Assembly: GCA_963795855.1 (NCBI GenBank)
Contig: CAWCIZ010000001.1
Span: 96,001-160,000, forward strand
Length of the DNA: 64,000 nt
Reading direction: 5' to 3'
From: Vulcanimicrobiota bacterium
Lineage (GTDB): Bacteria > Vulcanimicrobiota > Vulcanimicrobiia > Vulcanimicrobiales > Vulcanimicrobiaceae
Both the position numbers and the translations under genes were made by a program. A model generated the notes under the pieces. The model was not told the origin of the DNA, ran no database searches, and was given only the letters and a program-made list of their open reading frames with translations. Shown here in pieces: positions 31,451 to 42,675 of this stretch; within the stretch, counting starts at the first letter, position 1; every line of letters begins with the position of its first letter.

Positions 31451-33474
31451 CCCAAATGCTGAAAACGATTACGCTCGACAACCCGCCCGTCAATGCGCTT
31501 TCCTTTGCGTATTCCGCTAAGCTTCTCGAGCAGGTTGCCGCCGCCGAGGGCGATGCGTCGGTGCAAGCAGTGGTGTTCACGGGTGCGAACGGCCTTTTCA
31601 GCGGCGGCGCCGACATCAACGACTTCGCGAAAGAACCGGATCCGAACGACAAGAACGTGCGGCACGTCATCGCCGCTATCGAAGCCGGCAAGAAGACCTA
31701 CATCGCCGCGATCGACGGAAACGCCATGGGCGGCGGTCTGGAACTCGCGCTCGCGTGCGACTATCGCATCGCGACCGCGAAGTCGAAACTCGGGCTGCCC
31801 GAAATCAAACTCGGTTTACTGCCGGGTGCGGGCGGCACGCAGCGGCTGCCGCGTCTGATCGGCGCGCAAGACGCGCTGCAGATGATGCTCAAAGGTGAAA
31901 CGGTCAAAGCGGAAGATGCGAAAAAGAAAGGCCTGATCGACGAAATCGTTACCGGCTCGCTCGTCGAGGCGGCGCAAGCATACGCCGGCAAACCGCGCAG
32001 GCGCGTCTCGCAAATGAAGGTTTCGCTCGCAGGACTTCCGGCGAACGCGGTGCCGTTCGTCGTGGCGCAAGCGCACAAGATGTGTCCGCCCGAAGATAAC
32101 GGCGGCTTTGCCGCGCACAAACTTGTCGATGCGGTTGAAGCGGCATTCGAATTGCCGTTCCCGCGCGGCCTCGCGCGCGAAGCGCGTTTGTTCGAAGAAC
32201 TCGCCCGCTCCGCACCGTCGCTTGCGTTGCGTCATCTCTTCTTTGCGGAACGCGAACTTTCGAAGATTCCGGGGCTGAATACGCTCAAAGACTCGGGCAC
32301 CGGCGCCCGAGAGGTGCAGAAAGCCGGCGTCGTCGGCGGCGGCACCATGGGAACCGGTATCGCTATCGCGTTCGCGAGCGCCGGCATTCCGGTGACGGTG
32401 ATCGAACCGAGTGCCGAGCAAGTCGAGAAGGCGCGGCAGATGGTCTTCGGCATGTTCATGTATCAAGTGCAGAAGGGCCGGATTACGCAAGAAGAAGCGT
32501 GGAAGCGCGGCCAGTCCATCGCGTTCACCGAGGAGTACGGCGATCTCGCCGACGCCGACGTCGTCATTGAAGCAGTCTTTGAAAACATGGACGTCAAGAA
32601 AGAGGTCTTCAGAAAACTCGACGCCGTCGTCAAACCGGAAGGCATCTTGGCCTCGAACACCTCGACGCTCGACATCGACGAGATGGCCGCCGTCACGAAG
32701 CGCCCGGAGCAGTTTCTCGGCCTGCATTTCTTTGCGCCGGCGAACATCATGAAACTGCTCGAGATCGTGCGCGGAAAAGAAACGTCGCCCGAAACCCTTG
32801 CGTCGGCGTTTCGGCTGGGAAAGAAATTGCGAAAAATTGCCGTGCTGTCGGCGAATGCGTTCGGATTTATCGGCAACCGGATGCTGTTCGACTACGCGCG
32901 CGAAGCGGTCGGGCTGGCCGAAGAGGGCGTTCCGCCGTACCGCATCGACGCGGCGATGAAGAACTTCGGCATGGCGATGGGACCGTTCGCGATGTTCGAT
33001 CTCTCCGGCATCGACGTCTTCCGGCACATTCAGCAAGCGCGTCCCGACATGGGCGCGGCGCGCACGAAAATCGTCGAACGGTTGTACGAAGCAAAACGCC
33101 TCGGGCAAAAGACCGGCAAAGGGTTTTACAAGTACGATGCGGCGGTAGGCAAAGGGCGCGAGGCGATTCGCGACGAGGACGTTGAAAAACTATTCGCGCA
33201 GGTCGCAGCGGAAGCCGGAATTCCGCAGAATCCGAACGTGAGCGATGCGCAGATCGTCGAACGCCTCACGCATGCGCTCATCGACGCCGGCACGGAACTG
33301 CTGGAAAAGAAAGTCGCGCTGCGTCCGGGCGACATCGACATCGTATACGTTTTCGGATACGGCTTCGCTCCGCATCACGGCGGCCCGATGTGGTACGGGC
33401 ACGAGATCGGTTACAAAGACGTCTACGCACACCCCGCAGCGCTCGAAGGGCAGAAGGAGTTGACACATGCGTGA
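31447..33474 (+). CDS. fadB: Enoyl-CoA hydratase/3-hydroxyacyl-CoA dehydrogenase (FadB-type)
   Basis: [48 protein letters not shown]. Confidence 0.9.
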   Translation: MTQMLKTITLDNPPVNALSFAYSAKLLEQVAAAEGDASVQAVVFTGANGLFSGGADINDFAKEPDPNDKNVRHVIAAIEAGKKTYIAAIDGNAMGGGLELALACDYRIATAKSKLGLPEIKLGLLPGAGGTQRLPRLIGAQDALQMMLKGETVKAEDAKKKGLIDEIVTGSLVEAAQAYAGKPRRRVSQMKVSLAGLPANAVPFVVAQAHKMCPPEDNGGFAAHKLVDAVEAAFELPFPRGLAREARLFEELARSAPSLALRHLFFAERELSKIPGLNTLKDSGTGAREVQKAGVVGGGTMGTGIAIAFASAGIPVTVIEPSAEQVEKARQMVFGMFMYQVQKGRITQEEAWKRGQSIAFTEEYGDLADADVVIEAVFENMDVKKEVFRKLDAVVKPEGILASNTSTLDIDEMAAVTKRPEQFLGLHFFAPANIMKLLEIVRGKETSPETLASAFRLGKKLRKIAVLSANAFGFIGNRMLFDYAREAVGLAEEGVPPYRIDAAMKNFGMAMGPFAMFDLSGIDVFRHIQQARPDMGAARTKIVERLYEAKRLGQKTGKGFYKYDAAVGKGREAIRDEDVEKLFAQVAAEAGIPQNPNVSDAQIVERLTHALIDAGTELLEKKVALRPGDIDIVYVFGYGFAPHHGGPMWYGHEIGYKDVYAHPAALEGQKELTHA

Positions 33475-34648
33475 AGCGGCGATAGTGTCGGCGGCGCGCA
33501 CGCCTATCGGAAAAGCATTTCGCGGCGCGTACAATCAAACGCACGGCGCAACGCTCGCCGGACACGTCATCAAAGCGGCGGTGGAACGCGCGAAGGCCGA
33601 TCCCGGCGAAATCGACGACGTCGTTTTGGGCGTAGGATTGCCGGAAGGCGCGACGGGCAACAATCTCGGCCGCGTCGCCGCTTTGCGCGCCGGGCTGCCC
33701 GTTACCGTTCCCGGAACGACGATCAACCGGTATTGCTCGTCGGGCCTTCAGTCGATTTCCGTCGCCGCGCAGCGCATCATCGTGGACGGCGCGAACGTCG
33801 TCGTCGCGGGCGGTGCGGAGTCGATCAGCATGGTGCAAAACACGATGAACGTGGAGTTTTTCACCGAGGATTGGATGCTGCGCCACGATCCCGACGTCTA
33901 CATGCCGATGCTGCAGACCGCCGATTTCGTCGCGACGAAGTACGGCGTTTCGCGCGAACGTCAGGACGAATACGCGCTGCAAAGCCAAAAGCGCACCGCT
34001 GCCGCTCAGGCCGCGGGAGCGTTTGACGACGAAATCGTTCCGCTCACGACGTGGAAGTACGTCGAGGACAAAGAGACCGGCGAAGTTCGCGAAGAGCAAG
34101 TCACGCTCACCCGCGACGAAGGCAATCGTCCCGATACCACGCTCGAAGGTCTCTCGAAACTCAAAGGCGTGCTCGATCCGCAATCCACGATTACCGCCGG
34201 AAACTCATCCCAACTCTCGGACGGCGCCGGTGCGGTCGTCGTGATGGACTCGAAACTTGCGGAGAAGCGCGGTCTGCAGCCGCTGGGCTTTTATCGCGGG
34301 CTGGTCGTCGTGGGCAACGAGCCCGGTGAAATGGGCATTGCGCCGGTGTACGCGATTCCGAAATTGCTCGAGCGGCATAACCTGACCATCGACGACATCG
34401 GCTTGTGGGAGTTGAACGAAGCCTTCGCGGTGCAAACGGTCTACGTGCGGGACACGCTCGGCATCCCGAACGAGCGGTTCAACGTCAGCGGCGGCGCCAT
34501 CTCCATCGGGCATCCGTACGGACTTTCGGGCACGCGGATGGTCATGCACGCGCTCGCGGAAGGGAAGAAGCGCGGCGCAAAACACGTCGTCGTCACGATG
34601 TGCGTCGGCGGCGGCATGGGCGCAGCGGGCCTGTTCGAAGTCGCCTAA
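33467..34648 (+). CDS. fadA: Acetyl-CoA acyltransferase (thiolase)
   Basis: [29 protein letters not shown]. Confidence 0.93.
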   Translation: MREAAIVSAARTPIGKAFRGAYNQTHGATLAGHVIKAAVERAKADPGEIDDVVLGVGLPEGATGNNLGRVAALRAGLPVTVPGTTINRYCSSGLQSISVAAQRIIVDGANVVVAGGAESISMVQNTMNVEFFTEDWMLRHDPDVYMPMLQTADFVATKYGVSRERQDEYALQSQKRTAAAQAAGAFDDEIVPLTTWKYVEDKETGEVREEQVTLTRDEGNRPDTTLEGLSKLKGVLDPQSTITAGNSSQLSDGAGAVVVMDSKLAEKRGLQPLGFYRGLVVVGNEPGEMGIAPVYAIPKLLERHNLTIDDIGLWELNEAFAVQTVYVRDTLGIPNERFNVSGGAISIGHPYGLSGTRMVMHALAEGKKRGAKHVVVTMCVGGGMGAAGLFEVA

Positions 34649-34661
34649 ATCACGCGCCGGA

Positions 34662-35672
34662 TTAGTTCCGAAGCGGCGTCCCGTGCGCCAGCATGTGCTC
34701 CATGCGTTCTCTCGTTTGCGCATTGAAGACGAGCGCTTCGAAGCAGCGCGTTTCCAGGTCGAGCAGTTCTTGATGTGAAACGCGCCGCGCGGGTCCGCCG
34801 CCGCCGGTCATTACGCGTGCGATCGCCCGCGCCACCTCCGCATCGTACGCAGTCGCGGCGCCCGAGGCGACCGCCGCTTCTATGACGCGGTTGAGCGCCG
34901 CATAGCCGGCGTCTCCCAGCACCGGAATATTTTGCAGCAGTGCGGGCGTTGTGTATGCGTGTGCCAACTCCAAGACGAATGTTTTCGCCTGCGCAATCAG
35001 ACACTCCGGATCTTCGGTGATGCGGTCGTGCGCTTTTAGGAAATGCAAGCGGCGCGCGTCCTGCGCGTCCTTCGATGCGCGCATGAACGCGATCGTTTCA
35101 AATGCCTCACGCAGCGCCGCGGCTTCGTTGCCTTCGCCCGCGGCATCGACGCAGCGGATGTATAATTCGCTCGTCCCTCCAAGATCGGGCAGAATGCCCA
35201 CGGCGATCTCCGGCAGGCTCGCGCGCAGATCCGCGCGCGCTTGAACGCCGTCCGCGTACATCGTCAACTCGAGCGCTCCGCCGAGCGTTAGCGCGAAGGG
35301 AGCGGATACCGTCGGAAACGGCGCGGTGCGCATGCCGGTCGCTACCCGCTGAAAGCGTTTCGCTACCGCGCGAAACTTTTCGCGATCGTCGCCCATCTCC
35401 GCAAGCAGCGATAGCAGCCAGCGCAGGTTTGCGCCGAACGAAAAGTGCGCGCCTTGGTTGCCGATCACCAAACCTTTATAGCGGCTCGGAATCGTGTTGA
35501 ACGCACACTCTGCTATGGCGAGCGTGTCGCCGTCGAGCGTATTGCCTTTGGAATGAAATTGCAAGCACAGAACGCCGTCGTCGAGATCGAGCAGCGAAGC
35601 GCTTTGCGCCGATGCGAGCACTCGTCCGGAATCTTTGCGGATATCGTCGAGAACGATCGGCGTTTCACGCAT
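34662..35672 (-). CDS. Enoyl-CoA hydratase-like protein (C-terminal part of FadN-type enzymes)
   Basis: DLDDGVLCLQFHSKGN, NQGAHFSFGANL, LGGALE, TRERMEHMLAHGTPLRN. Confidence 0.85.
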   Translation of the reverse strand: MRETPIVLDDIRKDSGRVLASAQSASLLDLDDGVLCLQFHSKGNTLDGDTLAIAECAFNTIPSRYKGLVIGNQGAHFSFGANLRWLLSLLAEMGDDREKFRAVAKRFQRVATGMRTAPFPTVSAPFALTLGGALELTMYADGVQARADLRASLPEIAVGILPDLGGTSELYIRCVDAAGEGNEAAALREAFETIAFMRASKDAQDARRLHFLKAHDRITEDPECLIAQAKTFVLELAHAYTTPALLQNIPVLGDAGYAALNRVIEAAVASGAATAYDAEVARAIARVMTGGGGPARRVSHQELLDLETRCFEALVFNAQTRERMEHMLAHGTPLRN

Positions 35673-35772
35673 CGCAAACCGTTCTCGAAAGCAACCGGCG
35701 GTCCCGTCGCTGTCGCACGAAGAGCGGGTAAGAAGCCCTGTGCAGGCACTGCTCAATAGGGAGATAGCACGT

Positions 35773-36132
35773 ATGAAAGATGCATTTGGCAGAGGCGCAG
35801 CCGGCCTCGTATTGGCCGCCGCTCTCGCCATGATGCCGGGAATAGCACTGGCACAGGCCTCCAGCCCGGCGGCGAGTCCCGCCGCGGGCGCGACGGCAGG
35901 CACATCCGCCACCACCACGACGACCACGACGAACGCGTCTCCGGCCGCGTCACCGATGGCCGGAACCACCACTACGACCGGCGGCACGACGACCACCGGA
36001 ACCACGACCGGCGGCGGCGGGGGATCGGGCTGGTGGGGTCTCATCGGCCTCGTCGGACTGCTCGGATTGTTCGGGATGGGCGGAAGGCGCACGACCAGCG
36101 TGGAGACGTACGACACGACTCGGCGGCCGTAG
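35773..36132 (+). CDS. WGxxGxxG-CTERM low-complexity exported protein
   Basis: Signal peptide, T/A/S/G-rich core, WWGLIGLVGLLGLFG followed by RR. Confidence 0.85.
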   Translation: MKDAFGRGAAGLVLAAALAMMPGIALAQASSPAASPAAGATAGTSATTTTTTTNASPAASPMAGTTTTTGGTTTTGTTTGGGGGSGWWGLIGLVGLLGLFGMGGRRTTSVETYDTTRRP

Positions 36133-36148
36133 CCGGGCAAGAATGCGT

Positions 36149-36176
36149 AAGGTGGGGCTAAATGCCCCACCTTTTT
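36149..36176 (+). terminator. Intrinsic terminator
   Basis: AAGGTGGGGC/GCCCCACCTT stem plus T run. Confidence 0.88.
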
Positions 36177-36228
36177 GCGCTGAAAAGCACAAGCGATTTT
36201 CGCGCCGGAGAGCCAGAGTGTACGAAGG

Positions 36229-37323
36229 ATGCTAGCTCGGCGAAAAATGAAGCGCCGCATCGACGACGCGCTCGCAGTCGCCAGCCCCGTTGCGTTCGCC
36301 GACGCGATCGACGCGTACATGACGTCGCGCTCACCGCAGGACGCGCGCGCGCTGGCCGCGCGCAGTTTCGAACGCATGGACTCCGGCGAGCGTTCGCAAT
36401 TGGAATTCTATCTGAATCTGGACGATCCCGACGATCTGATCGGGCATCGCTTCAGCGCGTTTTTGCGCCAGAATCCGCGCGCGATGACCGCGCTCGACGC
36501 CGGCGCAGTCGAAGCCATTCTCCAAGACGTCGGCGAACTTCCGCCATTCGAGCGCGCACGCCGGCGTTTGCCGGCGCCGACGGCGGCACTCGTTGCGCTC
36601 ATCGTCGCCGTAACCGTTTTGCCTCTCGCCGCCCAGTATGCGCGCCAGCGGGGACTGCTTGCGGATTTGAGCGATCCCGTTTTGCCGGCGGCCATCGTGC
36701 CGTTCGTACAGCATTTCACGCTGCATAAGACGCCTCCGCCGGCAATCCGCCGGCAACCGCCGCGCGCGGTATATCATCCGGTGCAGCGCCGCGCCATTGC
36801 CCGCCGGCACCGAAGCATCCCGCGGCATTACGCGGTCGTCCGCAGGCCGGCGCCGAAAAAAACGCTCGCCTGGAAATTCGATCGCCTCAACAATCCGTAC
36901 TTCAATCGCGTGCGCTGGCGCCATCCCTTCGTCGAACGCTACGCCTGGGCGCCGCGTCCGCGCTTCGTCGATCAGGCACGCCTGAGCGTGCGGTCGTATC
37001 TGCGCGCTCTTGCGCTCGGCGATACGCATTCCGCGCTGGCGCACTTAGGATTGCCGCCGACCGCGGACACGAAAGCGCTCGCGGAAATGCCGATCGTTTC
37101 GCGCGCCAGCACCGTAGCGATCGTCGGCTCGAAAACGCAGGCGGACGGCAACGAGCAGGTGCAAGCCGAAATCAATACGGACGGCCGCGAATATTATGAA
37201 GTCTTTGCCGTAGCGCGCGACGGACCGGCGCTGCGCATCGTCGATCACTACTACATTCCGGTCAATCGCAGCGCGCAGGTCGCTGCGGCCGGTCGTCCCT
37301 TGAAAAAGACGAATCCTCGCTGA
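36229..37323 (+). CDS. Hypothetical single-pass membrane protein
   Basis: Helical N-domain, TM ALVALIVAVTVLPL, R/P/H-rich linker, compact C-domain. Confidence 0.65.
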   Translation: MLARRKMKRRIDDALAVASPVAFADAIDAYMTSRSPQDARALAARSFERMDSGERSQLEFYLNLDDPDDLIGHRFSAFLRQNPRAMTALDAGAVEAILQDVGELPPFERARRRLPAPTAALVALIVAVTVLPLAAQYARQRGLLADLSDPVLPAAIVPFVQHFTLHKTPPPAIRRQPPRAVYHPVQRRAIARRHRSIPRHYAVVRRPAPKKTLAWKFDRLNNPYFNRVRWRHPFVERYAWAPRPRFVDQARLSVRSYLRALALGDTHSALAHLGLPPTADTKALAEMPIVSRASTVAIVGSKTQADGNEQVQAEINTDGREYYEVFAVARDGPALRIVDHYYIPVNRSAQVAAAGRPLKKTNPR

Positions 37324-38426
37324 AAACGGTTGAGGCCCGCGCACCCGGACGTGTGAACCTCATCGGAGAGCACACCGATTACAACGACGGCTTCGTGCTG
37401 CCGTGCGCGATTGCGTACGACACGCGCGTGCGCGCCGTAGCTCGCGATGACCGCATTCTTACGGCACGCTCCGCCTTCGCCGGCGAGGCGCGATTCGATC
37501 TCGAGCGGCTGCCGGCGCAACCTGCCGGAGGTTGGACCGACTATCTCGTCGGCATCTTGAGCGAACTGCGCCATGCCGGCGTCGCTTTACGCGGCGCGGA
37601 TTTGAACGTTACCGGCACAGTGCCCATCGGCGCCGGGCTCAGCGCCTCCGCTTCATTCGAAATCGCGATTGCGCTGGCGTTGCTCGGCATCGCCGACTCC
37701 GGAATGCCGTCCCCCGATCTCGCACGTTTGGCGCAGCGCGCGGAAATCGCGTACGCCGGAACGCGGTGCGGCATCATGGACCAGTTTACGGTTTTGCTGG
37801 GACGCGAAGGCTATGCGCTGTTCTTGGACACGCGCAGTTTGGAATACGATTTGATTCCGGTGCCGCGCGGCGCGGCGGTCGTGATCTGCAACTCGATGGT
37901 CAAGCACGAACTGGCGGCAAGCGCGTACAACGAGCGCCGCAGCGAATGCGAGCGCGCTGCGAATCTGCTTCGATCGCGCTACCCTGCAGTGCGCGCGCTG
38001 CGCGACGTGAGCAGTAAACAGCTGGCTGAAGCGGAGTCGCTGCTGCCGCCCCTGCTGTTTGCGCGCGCGAGGCATGTGGTGACTGAAAACGAACGGGTGC
38101 GGGAAGCGGCGCAGGCGCTGCGTTCGGGCGACTTGGCGCGCTTCGGAGCATTGATGTACGCATCGCACGAGAGCTTGCGCGTTGATTATGCGGTCAGTTG
38201 CTGGGAACTCGATTTGTTGGTGGAGATTGCAAAAACGTTCGACGGGACGATCGGCGCGCGTATGACGGGCGGCGGCTTCGGAGGCTGCACGGTCAACCTG
38301 GTGCGCGCCGATCGCGCGCGTGCTTTTCGCGAGCACGTTGCGGCGGCATATTCGCGCGAGGCCGGAATTGCGCCGGATCTCTTCGACGGCACGCCGTCGG
38401 CTGGAGCGTCGGTGATCGGTGAGTGA
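37320..38426 (+). CDS. galK: Galactokinase (apparent CTG start)
   Basis: LKTVEARAPGRVNLIGEHTDYNDG, PIGAGLSASA, CGIMDQ, GARMTGGGFGG. Confidence 0.95.
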   Translation: MKTVEARAPGRVNLIGEHTDYNDGFVLPCAIAYDTRVRAVARDDRILTARSAFAGEARFDLERLPAQPAGGWTDYLVGILSELRHAGVALRGADLNVTGTVPIGAGLSASASFEIAIALALLGIADSGMPSPDLARLAQRAEIAYAGTRCGIMDQFTVLLGREGYALFLDTRSLEYDLIPVPRGAAVVICNSMVKHELAASAYNERRSECERAANLLRSRYPAVRALRDVSSKQLAEAESLLPPLLFARARHVVTENERVREAAQALRSGDLARFGALMYASHESLRVDYAVSCWELDLLVEIAKTFDGTIGARMTGGGFGGCTVNLVRADRARAFREHVAAAYSREAGIAPDLFDGTPSAGASVIGE

Positions 38427-39435
38427 CTGGAAAACCCAGCCGCACCGGCGTTTCAATCCGCTGACCGGCGAGTGGGTGCTCGTCTCGCCGCATCGCTTGG
38501 ATCGCCCGTGGCATGGTGAGACGAACGCCGCTTCGTCGACGTTGCGTCCGCGTTACGATCCGCAGTGCTCGCTGTGTCCGGGAAACGTGCGCGCCGGCGG
38601 TCAGCGTAATCCGGACTACGACGCGACGTTCGTCTTCGACAACGATTACGCCGCGTTGCTCCCCGGCACGCGCGCCGAATGCTTCAACGACGGACCGCTG
38701 CTTGCGCACGGCGAACCGGGAATCTGCCGCGTGCTGTGTTTTTCGCCGCGGCACGACCTCGACGTCGCGCAGATGTCGCCGGCGCAGATTCGCCTCATCG
38801 TCGATGCCTGGGCGGCGAACTCCAAGGACCTTGGCGATCGTCCTACGGTGAATGCGGTCACCATTTTCGAGAACCGCGGCGCCACGATGGGCGCGAGCAA
38901 TCCGCATCCGCATGGCCAAATCTGGGCGCAGCAGGCGCTGCCGAACGAACTGCTCGCCGAGTCGCGCGCCTTGTCTGAATACGTCGCGAAGAACGGCCGG
39001 TGCTTGCTATGCACGTACGCGGAATACGAAGTGCGGGCTGAAGAGCGCGCTCGTCTACGCTAATGCGCTCGTCGCAGTCGTCGTCCCGTTTTGGGCGATG
39101 TGGCCGTTCGAAGCGCTCGTTCTGCCGCGGCGCCACGCGGGCGCGCTCGACGAGATCTCCGGCGAAGAGCGCGACGCGCTCGCCGATGCCATTGCGCAGT
39201 CGACGGCACGTTACGATCGGCTGTTCGCGGCGCCGTTTCCGTACTCGATGGGGTTTCATCAGCAGCCCACCGACGGTGCTGCGCATCCGCAGTGGCACGT
39301 GCACGCGCACTACTATCCGCCGCTGTTGCGCTCCGCGACGGTGCGCAAGTTCATGGTCGGCTACGAGATGCTCGCCCAACCGCAGCGGGACATCACGCCC
39401 GAAGCACGCGGCGCGAGCGCCTGCGCGACGCATGA
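38419..39435 (+). CDS. galT: Galactose-1-phosphate uridylyltransferase (frameshifts near 39045 and 39410)
   Basis: [43 protein letters not shown]. Confidence 0.93.
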
Positions 39436-41141
39436 TTCCCGGAAAGCGCGTCATTTCGGGAGAGATGCACTATCCGCGCATTCCACGCGAATACTGGCGT
39501 GCGCGGTTGCAGATGGCTCGCGCAATGGGTTTGAACGCGATCTCGACGTACGTCTTTTGGAACCGGCACGAACCGCAGCGCGGAACCTATGACTTTGCCG
39601 GCGACAACGACGTCGCAACCTACGTACGCATGCGCGCAGGAAGAAGGGCTCGACGTTATTTTGCGCCCCGGCCCGTACGTCTGCGCCGAATGGGATTTCG
39701 GCGGGTTGCCGGCGTGGCTGCTTCGCGACGGCGTGCAGATTCGCACCGCGGACGAGTCGTATCATGGAGCCGGTGCGCGCGTGGCTGATGCGTTTGGGTG
39801 AAGAATTGGCGCCGCTTGCAGCAGTCGCTGCGGCGGCGCCGATCGTCGGCGGTGCAGTTGGAAAACGAGTACGGCGCGTTCGGCTCGCGATCGCGCCTAT
39901 CTCTGCGCGCTGCGCGACGCGCTTGCGCGATGCCGGCTTCGGCGAGTCGCCGCTTTTCACGATCGATCAGCCCGGCGATTTGGCCGCGGGATGCATCGAC
40001 GGCGTTTCGGTTGCGGCAACGTTTGCTCCGGGCGATCCGAACCGCCATTTCGAATCCGTGCGGTCGCTGCGCGCCGGCGCTCCGCTGCTGTGCGGCGAAT
40101 ACTGGGCCGGCTGGTTCGACCATTGGGGTGAGACGCATCACCGGCTCGACGACGCGCAGCAGGCGCGCGACTTGGAATGGATGCTCCACGAAGCGTGCTC
40201 GTTCAACATCTACATGTTTCACGGCGGGACGAATTTCGGATTTTGGAACGGCGCGAACTCGTCCGAAACCGAGCCGTATCAGCCGACCACGACGAGTTAC
40301 GACTACGACGCCGCATTGGACGAAGCGGGCAGGCCGACCGCGAAATACGCGCTGTTTCGCGAAGCGATCGCCGCGCATTCCGGTGTTGCGCCGCCGGCCG
40401 TTCCGCCCGCTCCGCAGACCGTTGCGATCCCGCCGTTCGCGCTGAGCGAAACGTGCGCACTGCTCGATGCGGATCTGGGTGAGCCGATTCTCCGGGATCG
40501 CCCCGAGCCGATGGAACTGCTGGGTCGGCATTTCGGCTACGTGCTGTACCGCACGTACGTGGACGGACCGCTTGACGGCGAACTCGAGATCGACGCCGTT
40601 CGCGACTACGCGGTCGTAAGTCTGGACGACGGCGTCGCCGGACGTCTCGACAGACGCCTGGGCGAATCGCGCTTGCGCGTTCGGTGCGATCGCGCGCGCA
40701 CGAGGCTCTCGATCCTCGTGGAAAACGGCGGGCGCATCAATTACGGTCCGGACTTTCCGCACGAGTGGAAGGGCGTGACGCGTGCCGTGCGGTTGGACGG
40801 ACGCGAGCTGCTCGGCTGGCAGATTCACTTACTGCCGCTGGATGAACTCGGGGCTTTTGCTTTTACGCCGTTTCACCGCGCGTGCCCGGCATTGCATCGC
40901 GGTAACATGCACGTGGATGCGCCGCACGACACGTTCGTCGACGTATCGGCGCTCGGAAAAGGCGCGCTGTGGATCAACGGACGCAACGTCGGACGTTTCT
41001 GGAACATCGGGCCCCAGCGTTGCGCTGTACGTACCCGGCGTTTGGATGCAGGCGGGCGCTAATGAGGTGGTTGCGCTCGATCTGTTCGCGCACGATACGC
41101 CTCCCGTGCTGTCCGGCGTGCGAGAACCCATCGTGATGTAG
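39432..41141 (+). CDS. GH35 beta-galactosidase (several frameshifts)
   Basis: [55 protein letters not shown]. Confidence 0.9.
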
Positions 41142-41193
41142 CCGCGATGCGCGAGCGAAGGAACTCCGGCAGTTTCCGGAGCACAGGCGCCCT

Positions 41194-41700
41194 ATGGCAG
41201 TAACCAAGGGCCGCACCTCCACGGCCGGCAAAACAGCGACATTGGAGGTCGGTGCGAAAGCGCCCGATTTCGAACTCGAAAGCCATCGCGGCGAGAAGTG
41301 GCGCCTTTCCGATCAGCGCGGAAAGAACCACGTAGTCATCGCATTCTATCCATTCGCTTTTACGCCGGTTTGAACCAGTCAAATGCCCGGCCTCGAGAAG
41401 AATCTCGGGCGCTTTAAAGGGCTCGATGCTCAAGTTGTGGGCATCTCAATCGATTCCACGCACAGTAACAAAGCGTGGGCGGAATCCATCGGCGGTCTGA
41501 GTTATCCGCTTCTGTGCGATTTTTGGCCGCACGGAGACGTGGCGCGCGCGTATGGCGTTTTGGACGAAAAGGCCGGTCGTGCCGAGCGCGCAGTGTTCAT
41601 CATCGACAAAGAAGGCGTCGTGCGCTACATCGACGTGCACGCCATCGGCGAACAGCCGGACGAGGAACAGATCCTCGAAGAACTCGGCAAACTGAAGTAG
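41194..41700 (+). CDS. AhpE-like peroxiredoxin selenoprotein
   Basis: LEVGAKAPDFEL..FYPFAFTPV-TGA(41371)-TSQM in frame with ORF 41383; LLCDFWPHG, ERAVFIIDK. Confidence 0.9.
41392..41409 (+). promoter_or_regulatory. Bacterial SECIS-like hairpin
   Basis: CTCGAGA-AGAA-TCTCGGG begins 19 nt after the UGA; G is second in the loop. Confidence 0.65.
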
Positions 41701-41751
41701 CGCTCGCGGGCGCTCCGGGATTCAGCCGGAACGCCCGCGAACTCCACCCGC

Positions 41752-42675
41752 GTGGCGCGAGTGGTCTGCGTCGGCGGCGCATGCATCGATCGCAAGTACC
41801 GCGTACTTGAAGCGGCGCACCTCGCTACTTCCAATCCCGCACGCATCGGAACCGCATTCGGCGGTGTGGCCCGCAACGTCGCGGAAAACTTGGCGCGGCT
41901 CGGCGTGCACGTGTCGCTTCTCTCGGCGGCCGGTTGCGACGACGCCGGAGACGCACTCCTGAATCACGCAAAGCGGGCCGGTATAGACGTCGACCTTACC
42001 ATGCGCGATCGGAGTCACCGCACGCCGGAGTATGCGGCCGTCGTCGAGAGCACGGGAGATTTAGTGATTGGCGCGTCGGCGATGGATGCGGTCGAGGCGA
42101 TTCTGCCGAGCGATCTCGAGCGGCGTTGGGACGCGATCGGCAGCGCGGATTGGATCTTCGTCGATTGCAACGTGTCGAGCGACGTGCTCGCATGGTGCAT
42201 CGGTCGCGCGCGGGCCGCGAATTTTCGGCTTGCCGTCGATGCGGTGAGCGAGCGGAAAGTTTGCCGGCTGCCCGCGGATTTGTCGGGCATAGATCTGCTG
42301 GTCCTGAACGAAGATGAGGCAGCGGCCTATACCGGCGCAGATCGGGGCGCGGTACGCGCGCAAACGTTGCTGCAGCGTAACGCCGCTTGCGTGCTCCTGA
42401 CCGCGGGCGCTCGCGGACTCACTGTCGCGGCCGAGCGCGTCGTGACGTTACCGGCAGTCCGAGCGGCGTGCGTCGACGTCACCGGCGCGGGCGACGCTCT
42501 TATTGCGGCAACGCTGTGGCGGCTGCTCGCGGGGGACCATCTCGTCGAAGCGGCGCGCATCGGTTCCTTGTGCGCCGCACTGACGGTCGAAGATCCGCAA
42601 AGCGTTCGTTCCGATCTCTCGCCTTCGCTTGTCGAAGCGCGCAAGCATCGTCTGGAAGCATGCAACGCCATTTGA
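41752..42675 (+). CDS. psuK: PfkB-family kinase, probable pseudouridine kinase
   Basis: FGGVARNVAENLARLG, DVTGAGDA; adjacent to psuG. Confidence 0.8.
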   Translation: MARVVCVGGACIDRKYRVLEAAHLATSNPARIGTAFGGVARNVAENLARLGVHVSLLSAAGCDDAGDALLNHAKRAGIDVDLTMRDRSHRTPEYAAVVESTGDLVIGASAMDAVEAILPSDLERRWDAIGSADWIFVDCNVSSDVLAWCIGRARAANFRLAVDAVSERKVCRLPADLSGIDLLVLNEDEAAAYTGADRGAVRAQTLLQRNAACVLLTAGARGLTVAAERVVTLPAVRAACVDVTGAGDALIAATLWRLLAGDHLVEAARIGSLCAALTVEDPQSVRSDLSPSLVEARKHRLEACNAI

